Shown: positions 31,591 to 41,946, numbered from the stretch's first letter. The stretch is DNA of 64,000 bases from Candidatus Latescibacterota bacterium (GCA_965204745.1 OZ242010.1:4704001-4768000), one strand, 5' to 3'. Translations and numbers: made by a program. The notes: generated by a model from the sequence alone, not told the origin.

Positions 31591-32583
31591 TCATCCTATC
31601 TCCCTCCCACGCTCGGTCAGCCGATACTTTTGGTCTCTTGCGGTGGGCGATTCGGGGCGCGTCATTTCCACCAGTCCCGCGGACAATGCCGGGCGAATGT
31701 AGTTTTTTCGGAACGTTGGGCGATGCGATAGGCCCATCTCTGCCATCAATTCAGCCGCGGTTTTCGGGCCTGTTCGCAAGGCAACGAGCAACCGCGCTAC
31801 TTGGTCGCTTACTTGGTCGCTTACTTGGTCGCTCAGCGTGGGCATCTGGAGTGCCGCGTGAACAATCTCCAGCATGAACGCAATGAACGGCGTGCTTTCG
31901 CCCACGGACGAACTCTGTCTGATGGCTTCGTAGTAATCGCCTTGGCGGGCATAAACCAAACTCTCTACGGAAATGTGGGCGAATAGGGATTTCCAGCGGG
32001 TCAGAATCAGGGTCTGCCAGAGCCGCCCCATCCGACCATTGCCATCTTCAAAGGGATGAATGAACTCAAACTCATAGTGAAAGACCGAACTGGCAATCAG
32101 CGGGTGCTCATCGGTGCTACCCAACCATGCCAACAAATTCGCCATGAGCAGTGGCACGCGCCGGGCCGGCGGGCCGATGTGATGGACTTCGCCACCGCCC
32201 ATAACGCCAATGCCGGTGCGGCGGTATTGCCCGGGCGCGTCCAACAAGCCGAGCATCAGAACTCGGTGCGCGTGCAACAGATCGGCCTCGCTACCCGGAT
32301 CCCACTGCCGGTATTGGTCGTAGGCTTTGATGGCGTTGCGAACTTCCTGAATATCTCTCAATGGGGCAGCGACCGGTTTGCCATCGAGAATCGTGGAAAC
32401 TTGCTCCTCGCTGAGGGTATTGCCCTCAATGCCCAGCGAACCGCGAATCGTGCGAATGAGATTGATGCGCCGCAACCGCAAATTCTGCGAGACACCCGCC
32501 GCCTCTGCCCGGCCAATGGCTTCGCCGATTTGTTCGACGCGAAACAGCATGTCCGCCGTGATTGAGTATGGTGGCTTCGTCAT
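31591..32583 (-). CDS. Fic family protein with C-terminal winged HTH
   Basis: Canonical HPFEDGNGRMGR; SLGIEGN inhibitory-type motif; SDQV x3 linker. Confidence 0.93.
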   Translation of the reverse strand: MTKPPYSITADMLFRVEQIGEAIGRAEAAGVSQNLRLRRINLIRTIRGSLGIEGNTLSEEQVSTILDGKPVAAPLRDIQEVRNAIKAYDQYRQWDPGSEADLLHAHRVLMLGLLDAPGQYRRTGIGVMGGGEVHHIGPPARRVPLLMANLLAWLGSTDEHPLIASSVFHYEFEFIHPFEDGNGRMGRLWQTLILTRWKSLFAHISVESLVYARQGDYYEAIRQSSSVGESTPFIAFMLEIVHAALQMPTLSDQVSDQVSDQVARLLVALRTGPKTAAELMAEMGLSHRPTFRKNYIRPALSAGLVEMTRPESPTARDQKYRLTERGREIG

Positions 32584-32638
32584 CCGAACCCCTCAACGCC
32601 CTCTCGACACATAAAAAAGAAAGGCGTCATATTTCGTT

Positions 32639-34045
32639 TTAAGACAACGCCTCAATCCCATTCCAAAACGCCTTGCCCCACTCGCTTTGTGCATCATCCC
32701 AATCGTCGCGCCACTGAAACAGGGTAGCGCGCAACGCATTGAGCCTGCCCGCGTGTGCCTCGTCATCCGCCAGATTGTGCAATTCCAGCGGATCGGTTTC
32801 CAAATCGAACAACTGAGTCGTGCGCCGCCCATTCACCGCGTATTCAATCAGCTTAAACCGCTCGTCTTTCACCATGCGCTGAAAGCCGCGATAAGCCGCG
32901 AACAGGGTCTCGCGCACTTGCACATCGCCATCCTCCATCGCCGAAACCAAACTCGCCCCCTCCACAGAACTCGGCGTATCGACCCCGATCAACGCGCACA
33001 GGGTTGGGAAAATATCGAGCAAATACACATACGCGGATCGCCGCTCGCCCGCAGGCACGCCTGGCCCGGCAAAAATCAGGGGCACGCGCACGCTGTGCTC
33101 GTACATATTCTGCTTGCCCAAAAGCCCGTGTTGCCCCACGGCCAACCCATTATCCCCGGCAAAAACGACGATGGTATTGTCCGCCTTTTTAGATGCGGTC
33201 AGCGCGTCCAACACCCGCCCCATCTGCGCGTCCAAATGCGTAATCATCGCGTAGTACTCGGCAATGTGCCGGCGCACCTTATCGGGATCCCGAGGAAACT
33301 CCTCGAGCACCTCATCGCGCACCTTCAAATCGCCATTGTCAAACGGGTGCCCGCCCATGAAATTCTCCGGAAGCGGCACATCCTCCGGATCGTACATATC
33401 CAAATACGCCTGCGGCATCGTGCGCGGATCGTGCGGGGCCATAAACGAAAGGTACATAAAAAACGGATCATCGGAATCGCACTGCGTCAACCAATCAATC
33501 GCGCCCTCGGCAAACAACTCGCTGGAATGCTTGCCCGCCCTGACGTGGTCCCCCTTCCGAATCTTCAACGCATTTGACCGAAACGCATCTGGGCACTGCG
33601 GCAACACCGAATCGTAGTTGCCGGTCGGATCGTAATCAAACGCGGGCACATTCCAATGATCGTCCATCCCCCCGAAAAAGATCTCTGCCCCATCCGAAAA
33701 GCTGCGGGCAAAAGAAGCCGGGCCATTATGCCATTTTCCCGTGCCCCATGTGCGATAGCCATGGGCCTGCAAATGCTCGCCTAACATCACATGATCTGCG
33801 GGAATGCCCTGCCCCGCGCCCTCGAGGTGAAACAGCGTGCGCCCGGTGTGCAACATCGCCCGGCTCGGCATGCAAATTGCGCCCGACGTCCCCCCGGGAA
33901 TATGCGCGTGCGTGAACGTCGTGCCCTCTGCCACCAGCCGATCCAAAGTCGGCGTTTGCACATCCGCATTGCCCAGCGCGTGAATTGTGTCAAACCGCTG
34001 ATCATCCGTAAAAAAGAACACGATATTCGGCTTCTGATTGCCCAT
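32639..34045 (-). CDS. Sulfatase
   Basis: KPNIVFFFTDDQR, CMPSR, GKWH, GDNG, GKQNMYE. ATG follows GGAGG. Confidence 0.93.
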   Translation of the reverse strand: MGNQKPNIVFFFTDDQRFDTIHALGNADVQTPTLDRLVAEGTTFTHAHIPGGTSGAICMPSRAMLHTGRTLFHLEGAGQGIPADHVMLGEHLQAHGYRTWGTGKWHNGPASFARSFSDGAEIFFGGMDDHWNVPAFDYDPTGNYDSVLPQCPDAFRSNALKIRKGDHVRAGKHSSELFAEGAIDWLTQCDSDDPFFMYLSFMAPHDPRTMPQAYLDMYDPEDVPLPENFMGGHPFDNGDLKVRDEVLEEFPRDPDKVRRHIAEYYAMITHLDAQMGRVLDALTASKKADNTIVVFAGDNGLAVGQHGLLGKQNMYEHSVRVPLIFAGPGVPAGERRSAYVYLLDIFPTLCALIGVDTPSSVEGASLVSAMEDGDVQVRETLFAAYRGFQRMVKDERFKLIEYAVNGRRTTQLFDLETDPLELHNLADDEAHAGRLNALRATLFQWRDDWDDAQSEWGKAFWNGIEALS

Positions 34046-34435
34046 ATTATTCCCTCCTGAAAAGTGGTCAATATCTTCGGGCGAGCACGCTACACCCCAA
34101 AAGGTGAGAAGGCAGAGGCAAGACGTGAGAACCACCCCTCTCCCCTCTTGCGTCTTCCCTCTTGCGTCTTCCCTCTTACGTCTCCCCTCTTACGTCTCCC
34201 CTCACCTGAGCAATAAACCTTTCTCCCGCCGCAAAGTCAAGTTCCCAAACAACCACCTCAAAACGCGCTTCTCTTTCTGCTTTCGCTCTGCCGTGTCCCA
34301 TGATATATTGCAACCGACAACCGTCCACTTTTTCGGGGCACCCCCATGAAAACGTTCTGTTTTGCACTCCTCGTCTCGTACATCGCGCTCGCCGGCAACG
34401 CTTATGCCCAACCACCCAACAGAAAGGAATTCGCT

Positions 34436-35449
34436 ATGAAGTATCACATGTACGTCGCGGTCTCTAAAGACCAGAAACTCCTGCGCTACGACATGGACGC
34501 CGACACCGGCGACCTCACCCTCGTCGAAGAAGTTCTCGCCAAAGGCGGCATCGGCCCGCTCTGCACGGATCCGCGGCAAAAATACCTCTACGCGGCCTTG
34601 CGTTCGTCCAAAGAACTCGTCACCTACGGCATTGACCCCGAAACCGGCGCGCTCGACCACATCGCCACAGTGCCCTTTGACGGTGGCTCGTGTTACATCA
34701 GCACGGACAAAACCGGGCGTTATCTTTTTTCCGCGTACTACGGCGAGGGAGCCGTGGCTGTCAACGCCATCGACAACAATGGGGCCGTGCTCGCCCCGCA
34801 TCGCCAGTGGATCCCCACAGACGAACACGCCCACTGCTTCTTTCCCGATCCCTCCAATCGCTACCTGTTCGTGCCGCACACCATGCCGCCCAATGCCATT
34901 TATCAATTCACCTTTGACGAAACCACAGGCGAGTTGGCGGCCAACGCGGTCGCAAAAGTCGATGCGCGCCCTGGCGAAGGCCCGCGCCACTACGAATTTC
35001 ATCCCACCTTGGACGTGGTCTATGTCGCCAATGAAAACGGCTCCAGCGTCACGGTCTATGACCTGAACCCGGACAAGGGCACCCTCACGCGCCGCCAAAA
35101 CCTGTCAACTCTGCCGGCGGGATACGCGGATCACAACACCTGCGCGCAAATCCACATTCACCCCTCGGGCAACTTCCTCTACATCTCCAATCGCGGGCAC
35201 GACAGCATCGCGCGCTATGCGGTTCGAGACGACGGCTCGCTCAAGTCCCTTGGGCAAACCCCCACAGAACCCATCCCTCGACCCTTCAACCTCGACCCCG
35301 AGGGCAACTTCCTCTTTGCCGCCGGTCAAAAATCAGACAAAATGGCCGCGTACCGCATCGACGCCGAAACCGGCGACTTGATGCCCCTCAAAGTCTATGA
35401 CGTGGGCGCGCAACCCATGTGGATCATGATTCTCAAACTCGGGAAGTGA
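34436..35449 (+). CDS. Lactonase family beta-propeller (6-phosphogluconolactonase-like)
   Basis: HAHC, GPRHYEFHP, YISNRGHDSI. A possible upstream start at 34346 would add a signal peptide. Confidence 0.9.
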   Translation: MKYHMYVAVSKDQKLLRYDMDADTGDLTLVEEVLAKGGIGPLCTDPRQKYLYAALRSSKELVTYGIDPETGALDHIATVPFDGGSCYISTDKTGRYLFSAYYGEGAVAVNAIDNNGAVLAPHRQWIPTDEHAHCFFPDPSNRYLFVPHTMPPNAIYQFTFDETTGELAANAVAKVDARPGEGPRHYEFHPTLDVVYVANENGSSVTVYDLNPDKGTLTRRQNLSTLPAGYADHNTCAQIHIHPSGNFLYISNRGHDSIARYAVRDDGSLKSLGQTPTEPIPRPFNLDPEGNFLFAAGQKSDKMAAYRIDAETGDLMPLKVYDVGAQPMWIMILKLGK

Positions 35450-35459
35450 AAGCGACCCC

Positions 35460-36851
35460 ATGGCCAAAACCCGCAAAACCATCCTCGCGTGGATGATGTA
35501 CGACTTTGCAAACTCCTCCTTTGCCAACAACGTCACCACATTCATCTACGCGACCTTTTTTGCCAAAGTCATCGCTGACAATGAAGTTGCCGGTACGGTT
35601 TTGTGGTCTCGGGGCGTGGCGATCATCATGCTCGTCGTCGGCTTGCTGTCTCCCCCCCTCGGCGCGCTGGCGGACCAAGCCGGGTATCGCAAACGCTTTT
35701 TGATGTGGACCACGCTCCTCGCGGTGGTCTTCACCGCCCTGCTCTATTTCCCTCAACAAGGGCAAGCCACCTTCGCGCTGACCCTCTACATCATCGCCTG
35801 TATCGGCTTTGAAATGGGCACGGTATTCTACAACGCCTTTTTGCCCGACATCGCCCCATCCGAACGCCTGGGCCGCGTTTCGGGACAGGCTTGGGGCATG
35901 GGCTACTTGGGGGGCCTGCTCTCGATGGTCGTGCTCATGGTCGGCTTTGTATCCCCGGAAACCCCGTGGTTTGGCCTGTCCAAAGAAACCCACGCGCACA
36001 TCCGAGCGACCAATATCGGCGTCGCGATCTGGTTCGCGCTCTTCAGCCTGCCGGCCCTGCTCTATTTGCCCGAAACGCCAGCGCGGCAAACCCACCACAA
36101 ACACCTGCTCCTTTCGTCTTACCGCCGCCTGCTCCAAACCTTCGGCGAACTCAAACACTACCGCGAAATTTTCAAACTCTTGCTCGCCCGCCTCGTGTAC
36201 AACGATGGCCTGACCACCATCTTTGCGTTTGGCGGTATTTACGCGGTGGGCACATTTGGCTTTACGCTCGAAGAGGTCCTGCTCTTTGGCATTATTATCA
36301 ACATCGCCGCCGGCATCGGCGCGTGGTGTTTTGGCTTTTTAGACGACCGCATCGGCGGCAAACGCACCATCCAAATCACCTTGATCGGCTTTGTCATCGC
36401 GGCTCTCATCGCCGTCATCCCGCAGGAACGCTTTCAGTCTTGGGTCAACTTCCTGCTCTACGATGCGGGCCTGCTGCTCGGCCTGTTTGCCGACTCAAAC
36501 CCATCGGCCCTCCAATCCTTCATTTTCGATACGAAATTCCAGTTCTGGATCGCGGGCTTGTTGGTCGGCCTATTCGCCGGCCCAAACCAATCGGCCAGCC
36601 GCTCCCTCATGGGGCGTTTTGTACCCCGGAAAAAAGAAACCGAATTTTACGGCTTTTACGCCTTCTCGGGAAAAGCCACCGCCTTTCTCGGCCCCATGCT
36701 CATGGGCATAATCACCGAAGCCTTTCAATCCCAACGCATCGGCATGGCAACCGTGGGCCTGTTCTTCATCGCGGGTAGCCTCCTCCTGCGAACCGTCGAC
36801 GAACGAGCCGGCATCCGCCTAGGCCAATCGCCACCGAGAACAGACCCCTGA
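35460..36851 (+). CDS. MFS transporter (UMF1/ATG22-like)
   Basis: AWMMYDFANS, FYNAFLPDIA, GPNQSASRSLM, FYGFYAFSGK. Confidence 0.9.
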   Translation: MAKTRKTILAWMMYDFANSSFANNVTTFIYATFFAKVIADNEVAGTVLWSRGVAIIMLVVGLLSPPLGALADQAGYRKRFLMWTTLLAVVFTALLYFPQQGQATFALTLYIIACIGFEMGTVFYNAFLPDIAPSERLGRVSGQAWGMGYLGGLLSMVVLMVGFVSPETPWFGLSKETHAHIRATNIGVAIWFALFSLPALLYLPETPARQTHHKHLLLSSYRRLLQTFGELKHYREIFKLLLARLVYNDGLTTIFAFGGIYAVGTFGFTLEEVLLFGIIINIAAGIGAWCFGFLDDRIGGKRTIQITLIGFVIAALIAVIPQERFQSWVNFLLYDAGLLLGLFADSNPSALQSFIFDTKFQFWIAGLLVGLFAGPNQSASRSLMGRFVPRKKETEFYGFYAFSGKATAFLGPMLMGIITEAFQSQRIGMATVGLFFIAGSLLLRTVDERAGIRLGQSPPRTDP

Positions 36852-36873
36852 TCGCTCGCCCAAAAATTCCCAA

Positions 36874-37001
36874 AACAAAAAAGCCGTTCGCAATGGTCAG
36901 CCCTCGCCCGCTCCCCCAAAGACGAGAAACCCATCGTTGGCCCTCGTGCCCGGCCGAATGTTTTGTCGATGGGCGTTTTGTCGTGTATAAAACAAAAAGC
37001 C
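36874..37001. repeat. 128-bp direct repeat, left copy
   Basis: Ungapped match with few substitutions to 41947-42074. Confidence 0.92.
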
Positions 37002-37025
37002 GCTCGCAACAACGAGCGGCTTTTG
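36994..37025. terminator. Bidirectional intrinsic terminator
   Basis: aaaaagccgctcg-caacaa-cgagcggcttttt between the convergent MFS and PLD genes. Confidence 0.85.
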
Positions 37026-37045
37026 CTATTCATCGTCCATCTAAT

Positions 37046-37900
37046 TTAGGAATTTCCGGATAGCGTCTCAGGTGCGAGAAATGCGAGCCAATTCTGAACC
37101 GTTTCCATATCTCTTCTCGCCTCGGTGGCACTGAGTTTATAGGTCTCGGCAAGCGAGCGGGATGCAATGAGAACTTCCATGTTGTGTAGTTGTATCACGG
37201 TGTTGGTAAAAGGGGCGGCGAGCAGACAAGCCGAAGCCCACATTCGGATCTGCTCATCGGTCAATCCTGGAGGGATTAGGAGGGCTTGGATATCGCGTCG
37301 CGCCGCTCGTTGCTCATCAAATGAAGCTATCTCGTCTTCTCTGCCTCGATAAGAGCGTTCAAAATTCCGAAAATCACGAGTCGCTGGTCGCCAAGTGTCA
37401 AATCGGGGTTGACCACCAGTAATCACGCTACTGCTTTGATCACTGATCTTGGTTATGGCTTCCCAACGCACGAATTCATCATCGCTTATTTCCCTCGCGC
37501 CTTCCAGCAGGTGCTGTTGAAAGGCATCTACATTGAAGTCGTCGCCAGGGCCACATAAAATCTCCAGATTAGATTGAAGTGACCAACCCAATGCCGAAGC
37601 GGTCAGGTTCGCAGAGCCAATGAGAACCACATCATCGATTCGATAGTATTTGGCGTGCAGAGACGGATGGAGCCTAAACGAACCGCCACGCTCGGTAACA
37701 ATAGTGCGGCATTCGGTATCCGACACACCTAAAGCGAGATCGTGTGGATTCCACCTCGTGATACAGATGAGAGATGTTGTTGAACTAACATCAACCAGAA
37801 TTTTAGTAAGCGCATCAGCCTTGATGTACGGCGCCGCAATGATGAGTTGCTGAGCATCTGAACAAAGGCTACGCAACAGATCTCCTGGCCTGTGATACAT
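37046..37900 (-). CDS. Phospholipase D-family (HKD) putative nuclease
   Basis: Single HKD motif LHAKYYRIDD...IGSANLT...NLE; APYIK. Confidence 0.85.
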   Translation of the reverse strand: MYHRPGDLLRSLCSDAQQLIIAAPYIKADALTKILVDVSSTTSLICITRWNPHDLALGVSDTECRTIVTERGGSFRLHPSLHAKYYRIDDVVLIGSANLTASALGWSLQSNLEILCGPGDDFNVDAFQQHLLEGAREISDDEFVRWEAITKISDQSSSVITGGQPRFDTWRPATRDFRNFERSYRGREDEIASFDEQRAARRDIQALLIPPGLTDEQIRMWASACLLAAPFTNTVIQLHNMEVLIASRSLAETYKLSATEARRDMETVQNWLAFLAPETLSGNS

Positions 37901-37902
37901 GG

Positions 37903-39762
37903 CTATCCGTCTCTCTCTCGCAACTGGCTGATGACCTTATCTACTTGGCGTCCCCAATTTATAGCAATGTCCTGAATACGTGTGCGCTCTTCCCTGGATT
38001 CGGTCTGGTCTTCCATCCGTGCCCAAGACGACAACAATAATCTGATGGCGACAATGGCCTGGAATGCAGGATCGTTCTCGTCGCCATTCTCGTCAAGATG
38101 TCCTTCAACATGCTTGAGCAAGTCGTAGATCGGGTGGTCAGTATTGAGATTGATGTGCAAGACGCCATGGCTAGAGCGCACATTAAATATTTGGTGTCCA
38201 TCCAGTTGGGCAGGATTGAATTGGTATGAAAGTCCCTCTTGCACCAACATCTTTGCGAGTTGTTGCGCCGCTTGATCGGGTTGACCAGATGCGATGAACT
38301 GTTTCGTAAGTCCAGCCTCCCGATCTTCAGATGAAATCAGATCGCGGTCAATATCAGTTTTGGTCCGCGGCTCTTTACCGGCCGCTATAGCATCTCGGTC
38401 TGCGTCGGTGGCAGTCTGCACGGCCTTGTTTTCAGGGCTTCTTCTATCGCCTGCTGTTTTCTCTGGGTCGTCCCGTCTCTGATCAAACATCTGCTTTATT
38501 TGACTCATCATGGCGCGCGTCTGATCACGGATATCTCCTACTATGGTATAGATGATGTCGTCGTCGATTCCCATCTCGTCTAGTATTACCTGATTGGAGC
38601 GGTCATCACGGGCGAGCGTTTTCGCAGCATGTGTGAAATTTGCAGCCATCTGCTTGTTGTGATCTACGCCAAACAACTCATCGCAACTGCGAGGGAAATG
38701 CACCTCACAACCCCACCAGCGATTCTGCGGGTTCTCAGCACTCCCACCTTCTCTAAGAAAGGCGTCTTCGAGCACAATCTCCCTGTCCTCTCGGACGACT
38801 GATACGCCGATGTTGTGTCTGGCGTGAGTACCATGCTTTTCAGCACCGGGATTCTGCGTAACTCTGTTCGTCTGCAAGGCTTCAGGCTTAACGATTGAAT
38901 ACTTCACTTCAATAGTGACCTCTTTGCCCTCCACGGTGGGCGTATATTCTTTTTTAGTCCATTCTCTAAACATCGGTTCGTTACTCCAAGGCCCAGGAGT
39001 AGAGGAAGGATTCATCAGGTAGAGAGGATCGTTTGCGACAATACAATCCTCGCCCTTAATTTCGGTAGGGCGGTTATTAAGAAAAAAGCCGACTCGTATT
39101 TTTGTCATCTCCGCATCAATCCAGTGCCGATGGATCCGACCGACCTCTCGGGCTGTGTGTCTGAGGATCGTGTTGCCGGTTCTCCACTGAATCTTGTCCA
39201 GTTTGGTCCAAACGACAAGCGTACCCGAGCGACGTTCATATATTTTGTCGCTACCGGCCTCCCTCCAGACCTCGGGTATAGGTGTCTCTTGATCGGGAAA
39301 AGGAACCTCATGGTCCCCTTTCTCGATGTCGTCAGAGTCTATGCTGGAGTGCCAGGCCGAATCTATGCCTTCTTGCCATGTCCATACATCCACTCGCTTG
39401 CATTGAGACATTGATGAAGTGGGAAGGCCCATGCCATATTTGCCGATCCCCCTATCCGAATTATGACGGGTTCCCCCGCCAAATTTGAGGGCATCAAGGA
39501 GGGTCTTTACGTCCATCCCATCGCCGTTGTCAAGTACCGCCACTTCGGAAACTCGTCGCCGAGTCTGTGCCCCTACTCTCTGAGGCTCTTCCATGCAGAG
39601 GAGGTCAATCTGTCCAGCATTCGCCTCTATCGAGTTGTCGATGAGTTCGGCAATGGCATACGCGGTGTTGTGATACCTGCTGTCCCGCAGGGCACGGATG
39701 GTAAAATGACCGGGGAATAGGCTACGGTCTGCATCTTTTAGTGCGGCGAGTTGGTCGTCCAT
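37903..39762 (-). CDS. GHKL (MORC/HSP90-like) ATPase
   Basis: AIAELIDNSIEA (N box), LDNGDGM (G1), GKYGMGL (G2), GTLV (G3). RBS GGAGG. Confidence 0.9.
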   Translation of the reverse strand: MDDQLAALKDADRSLFPGHFTIRALRDSRYHNTAYAIAELIDNSIEANAGQIDLLCMEEPQRVGAQTRRRVSEVAVLDNGDGMDVKTLLDALKFGGGTRHNSDRGIGKYGMGLPTSSMSQCKRVDVWTWQEGIDSAWHSSIDSDDIEKGDHEVPFPDQETPIPEVWREAGSDKIYERRSGTLVVWTKLDKIQWRTGNTILRHTAREVGRIHRHWIDAEMTKIRVGFFLNNRPTEIKGEDCIVANDPLYLMNPSSTPGPWSNEPMFREWTKKEYTPTVEGKEVTIEVKYSIVKPEALQTNRVTQNPGAEKHGTHARHNIGVSVVREDREIVLEDAFLREGGSAENPQNRWWGCEVHFPRSCDELFGVDHNKQMAANFTHAAKTLARDDRSNQVILDEMGIDDDIIYTIVGDIRDQTRAMMSQIKQMFDQRRDDPEKTAGDRRSPENKAVQTATDADRDAIAAGKEPRTKTDIDRDLISSEDREAGLTKQFIASGQPDQAAQQLAKMLVQEGLSYQFNPAQLDGHQIFNVRSSHGVLHINLNTDHPIYDLLKHVEGHLDENGDENDPAFQAIVAIRLLLSSWARMEDQTESREERTRIQDIAINWGRQVDKVISQLRERDG

Positions 39763-41009
39763 AGATCCTCCCAATTTGTGAATGCGTCAGCCACGGACCC
39801 GAATCCCGGAAGATTCGTGTCGGCAACGGTGAGTATCTCGGCTTTTGAGTTTCCGCCAGATCTAGGGCCGCGCATTGCTCGGCCCGCCATCTGCGAATAG
39901 AGCACCAGCGAAGTGGTGGGGCGAGCGATAATGACGCAACGAGTACGGGGCGCATCAAAACCGGCGGTGAGCACGCCATAATTGAATATTACCTTATGCT
40001 CTCTGCTGTCGCTTCTAAAAGCATCGATGATAGCCTGGCGATCTTCGCTAGATGTACTGGCTGTCACCACATCAGTTTCAATCCCTTTGTCTCGAAGGCG
40101 TTTATTGCATTCTAAGGCACTCTCTACCGACGGACAAAACACTATGGTGCGAGGGTGGCGTGCAACAGCATGCTCTGCGAGTTCGACGATCTTGCGCGTG
40201 CGCTGTTGGTCGCGGCCCAATTCATCCAGATCATCCGTGCTGTAATCCATACCGGGTTGAGGATCGGTGATGGCCGTCTCTGACTCAAAGCTGATTGGCA
40301 CAAAGCGCGGATCGGCCAGATACCGGTTTTGGATGAGATAGGTGACGGGGTTGCCGTGTCCGCGTGGATCTATCGAAACTTTGTTGTGATTGAACATGCT
40401 GGCAAGTCGATAGTCCGCATCTGTAAGACTCGAGGTACGTCCCGGCGTGGCCGTAAGCCCGAGAAGTGGCGGCCTAACACTACATAACTGCTCGGTTATG
40501 AAGGAATAGGTTTTTGCAACTGCCTGATGAGCCTCGTCGAAAATAACGGCTACGGCACAGTTCGCAAGGTGTGCAAGAAGGGTATTGTCTTGGAACGCAA
40601 CAGAGCGCAACTTGGCAAGCCCTGTCACCAAGAACCCTGAACGGAGACGCCGTAGATCAAGCGACCGATTGCCCCAGTATCGATGAACGCAGATATCTCT
40701 AAACCCAAGATGAGTCCACGCTTCGGAAAGTGTGTCTGCTGCTTGTTCGCAAAGTTCCTCTGTGGAAGCCAGCCAAATAACAAGGGCGTCCTCAATGTCC
40801 TTGTCGTTTAAGAGACGGCAGGCAGCGTGGGCCGCGATTCTGGTCTTTCCGGCACCGGTAGGTAGATGAGCGACGACTCGACGCTCATGAGATGATAGCG
40901 CACGCAAGAGGTCGGTCAGCACCTGCCGTTGGTATGGATGCAACGGATACTTAGGACGGACCGTTGCCGCGTGTGTCTCAAACACCACAGAGTCCCTCGC
41001 ATTCCTCAT
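39738..41009 (-). CDS. SF2 DEAD/DEAH helicase (ResIII + Helicase_C)
   Basis: HPYQ, LPTGAGKT, DEAH, GLTATP, LTAGFDAP, QMAGRAMRG. Start uncertain. Confidence 0.9.
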   Translation of the reverse strand: MRNARDSVVFETHAATVRPKYPLHPYQRQVLTDLLRALSSHERRVVAHLPTGAGKTRIAAHAACRLLNDKDIEDALVIWLASTEELCEQAADTLSEAWTHLGFRDICVHRYWGNRSLDLRRLRSGFLVTGLAKLRSVAFQDNTLLAHLANCAVAVIFDEAHQAVAKTYSFITEQLCSVRPPLLGLTATPGRTSSLTDADYRLASMFNHNKVSIDPRGHGNPVTYLIQNRYLADPRFVPISFESETAITDPQPGMDYSTDDLDELGRDQQRTRKIVELAEHAVARHPRTIVFCPSVESALECNKRLRDKGIETDVVTASTSSEDRQAIIDAFRSDSREHKVIFNYGVLTAGFDAPRTRCVIIARPTTSLVLYSQMAGRAMRGPRSGGNSKAEILTVADTNLPGFGSVADAFTNWEDLWTTNSPH

Positions 41010-41847
41010 TGAAAGGATTGATCTCGCTCGACTCTTGTGTTTCTCGTTCTGCGATGACACTGGCGAGAGGGCGACGTGCGGCATGCAAATACGGCCGCCC
41101 GGTCAACAATTTCCGCACTGGATTTTTCTTACTGTGGCGAAGCCATTGATCAAAATGCACAGCTTCCTCATAGCTGTCTGGTTCAGACTGCTTCAGTTCC
41201 AGCCAATGTTCGTCTGACCGATAAGGACAGATGACGCAAGCCGACCGAGGCAGGTAGCGACCTGGGTATTCAGCGTCAAACCACGCCACGCAATCTCCGC
41301 GCGTCATACCAATATCCACCAGAGGCCAGCGGTGTTCGACCCATCGTTCTCGGCTCGGCTTCATGCGGCCCACTTCGTCCAGCGAAATTCCAAGCCACAT
41401 CTCGGCGTGGGTATCTTTTGGAAATGGCCGTCCACGTTGCCCACCCGCGAGTTCTCTGATCCGTCGATAAATGGGTCTGATTTTGTAGTGGTTGGTACAT
41501 TGCCTCCGCAACATTCCCTTTTTTCCGTCCTCATTGACCGTGAACAATGGAACATCGACAAAGCTGTGACCCGACGCCGTGAGGCCCTTTCTGAGATTGG
41601 TTTTCAGATTACCTGCGGACACGCGAATCAATGGATATTGGAGTTGCTCTTCAAGCCAGTCCAGATGTCGATACACATACTCCGGCTCCCATCCAGTGTC
41701 GGCAAAGACAGCGGCGTCAGGCGTGGGATAACCCGCCTCAACCAAGCGCGGATCGGACCTCGACAGAAGAAGTGCCAGAACTGAACTCTGCACGCCAGCC
41801 CCTAAACTCAGGGCACGATAGGTTACGGTGCTTGTCTTCTCGACCAT
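40978..41847 (-). CDS. PP-loop / PAPS-reductase-like adenine nucleotide alpha hydrolase with Cys clusters
   Basis: SLGAGVQSS PP-loop, FADTGWE, RQCT, GISLDE..R, WPL, SACVICPY, terminal ECEGLCGV. Confidence 0.8.
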   Translation of the reverse strand: MVEKTSTVTYRALSLGAGVQSSVLALLLSRSDPRLVEAGYPTPDAAVFADTGWEPEYVYRHLDWLEEQLQYPLIRVSAGNLKTNLRKGLTASGHSFVDVPLFTVNEDGKKGMLRRQCTNHYKIRPIYRRIRELAGGQRGRPFPKDTHAEMWLGISLDEVGRMKPSRERWVEHRWPLVDIGMTRGDCVAWFDAEYPGRYLPRSACVICPYRSDEHWLELKQSEPDSYEEAVHFDQWLRHSKKNPVRKLLTGRPYLHAARRPLASVIAERETQESSEINPFNEECEGLCGV

Positions 41848-41907
41848 TTCGGAAGCCCCCTTGTTCCGTTGTGTAACTTATGTTTAAGACAGATAAACGA
41901 TAGACGG

Positions 41908-41936
41908 ATTATAGTCAGTAGTGGTAGCGAGGTCAA
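41908..41936 (-). promoter_or_regulatory. sigma70-type promoter for the four-gene cassette
   Basis: Minus strand reads TTGACC-17 nt-TATAAT, about 60 bp upstream of the ATG at 41847. Confidence 0.8.
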
Positions 41937-41946
41937 GGGAGATGTG

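Noticed and set aside
37046-41847. Canonical Dnd, Ssp or DISARM system
   Set aside because: No DndB/D/E, SspB/C/E, cysteine desulfurase, DrmA/B or methylase in the cassette.
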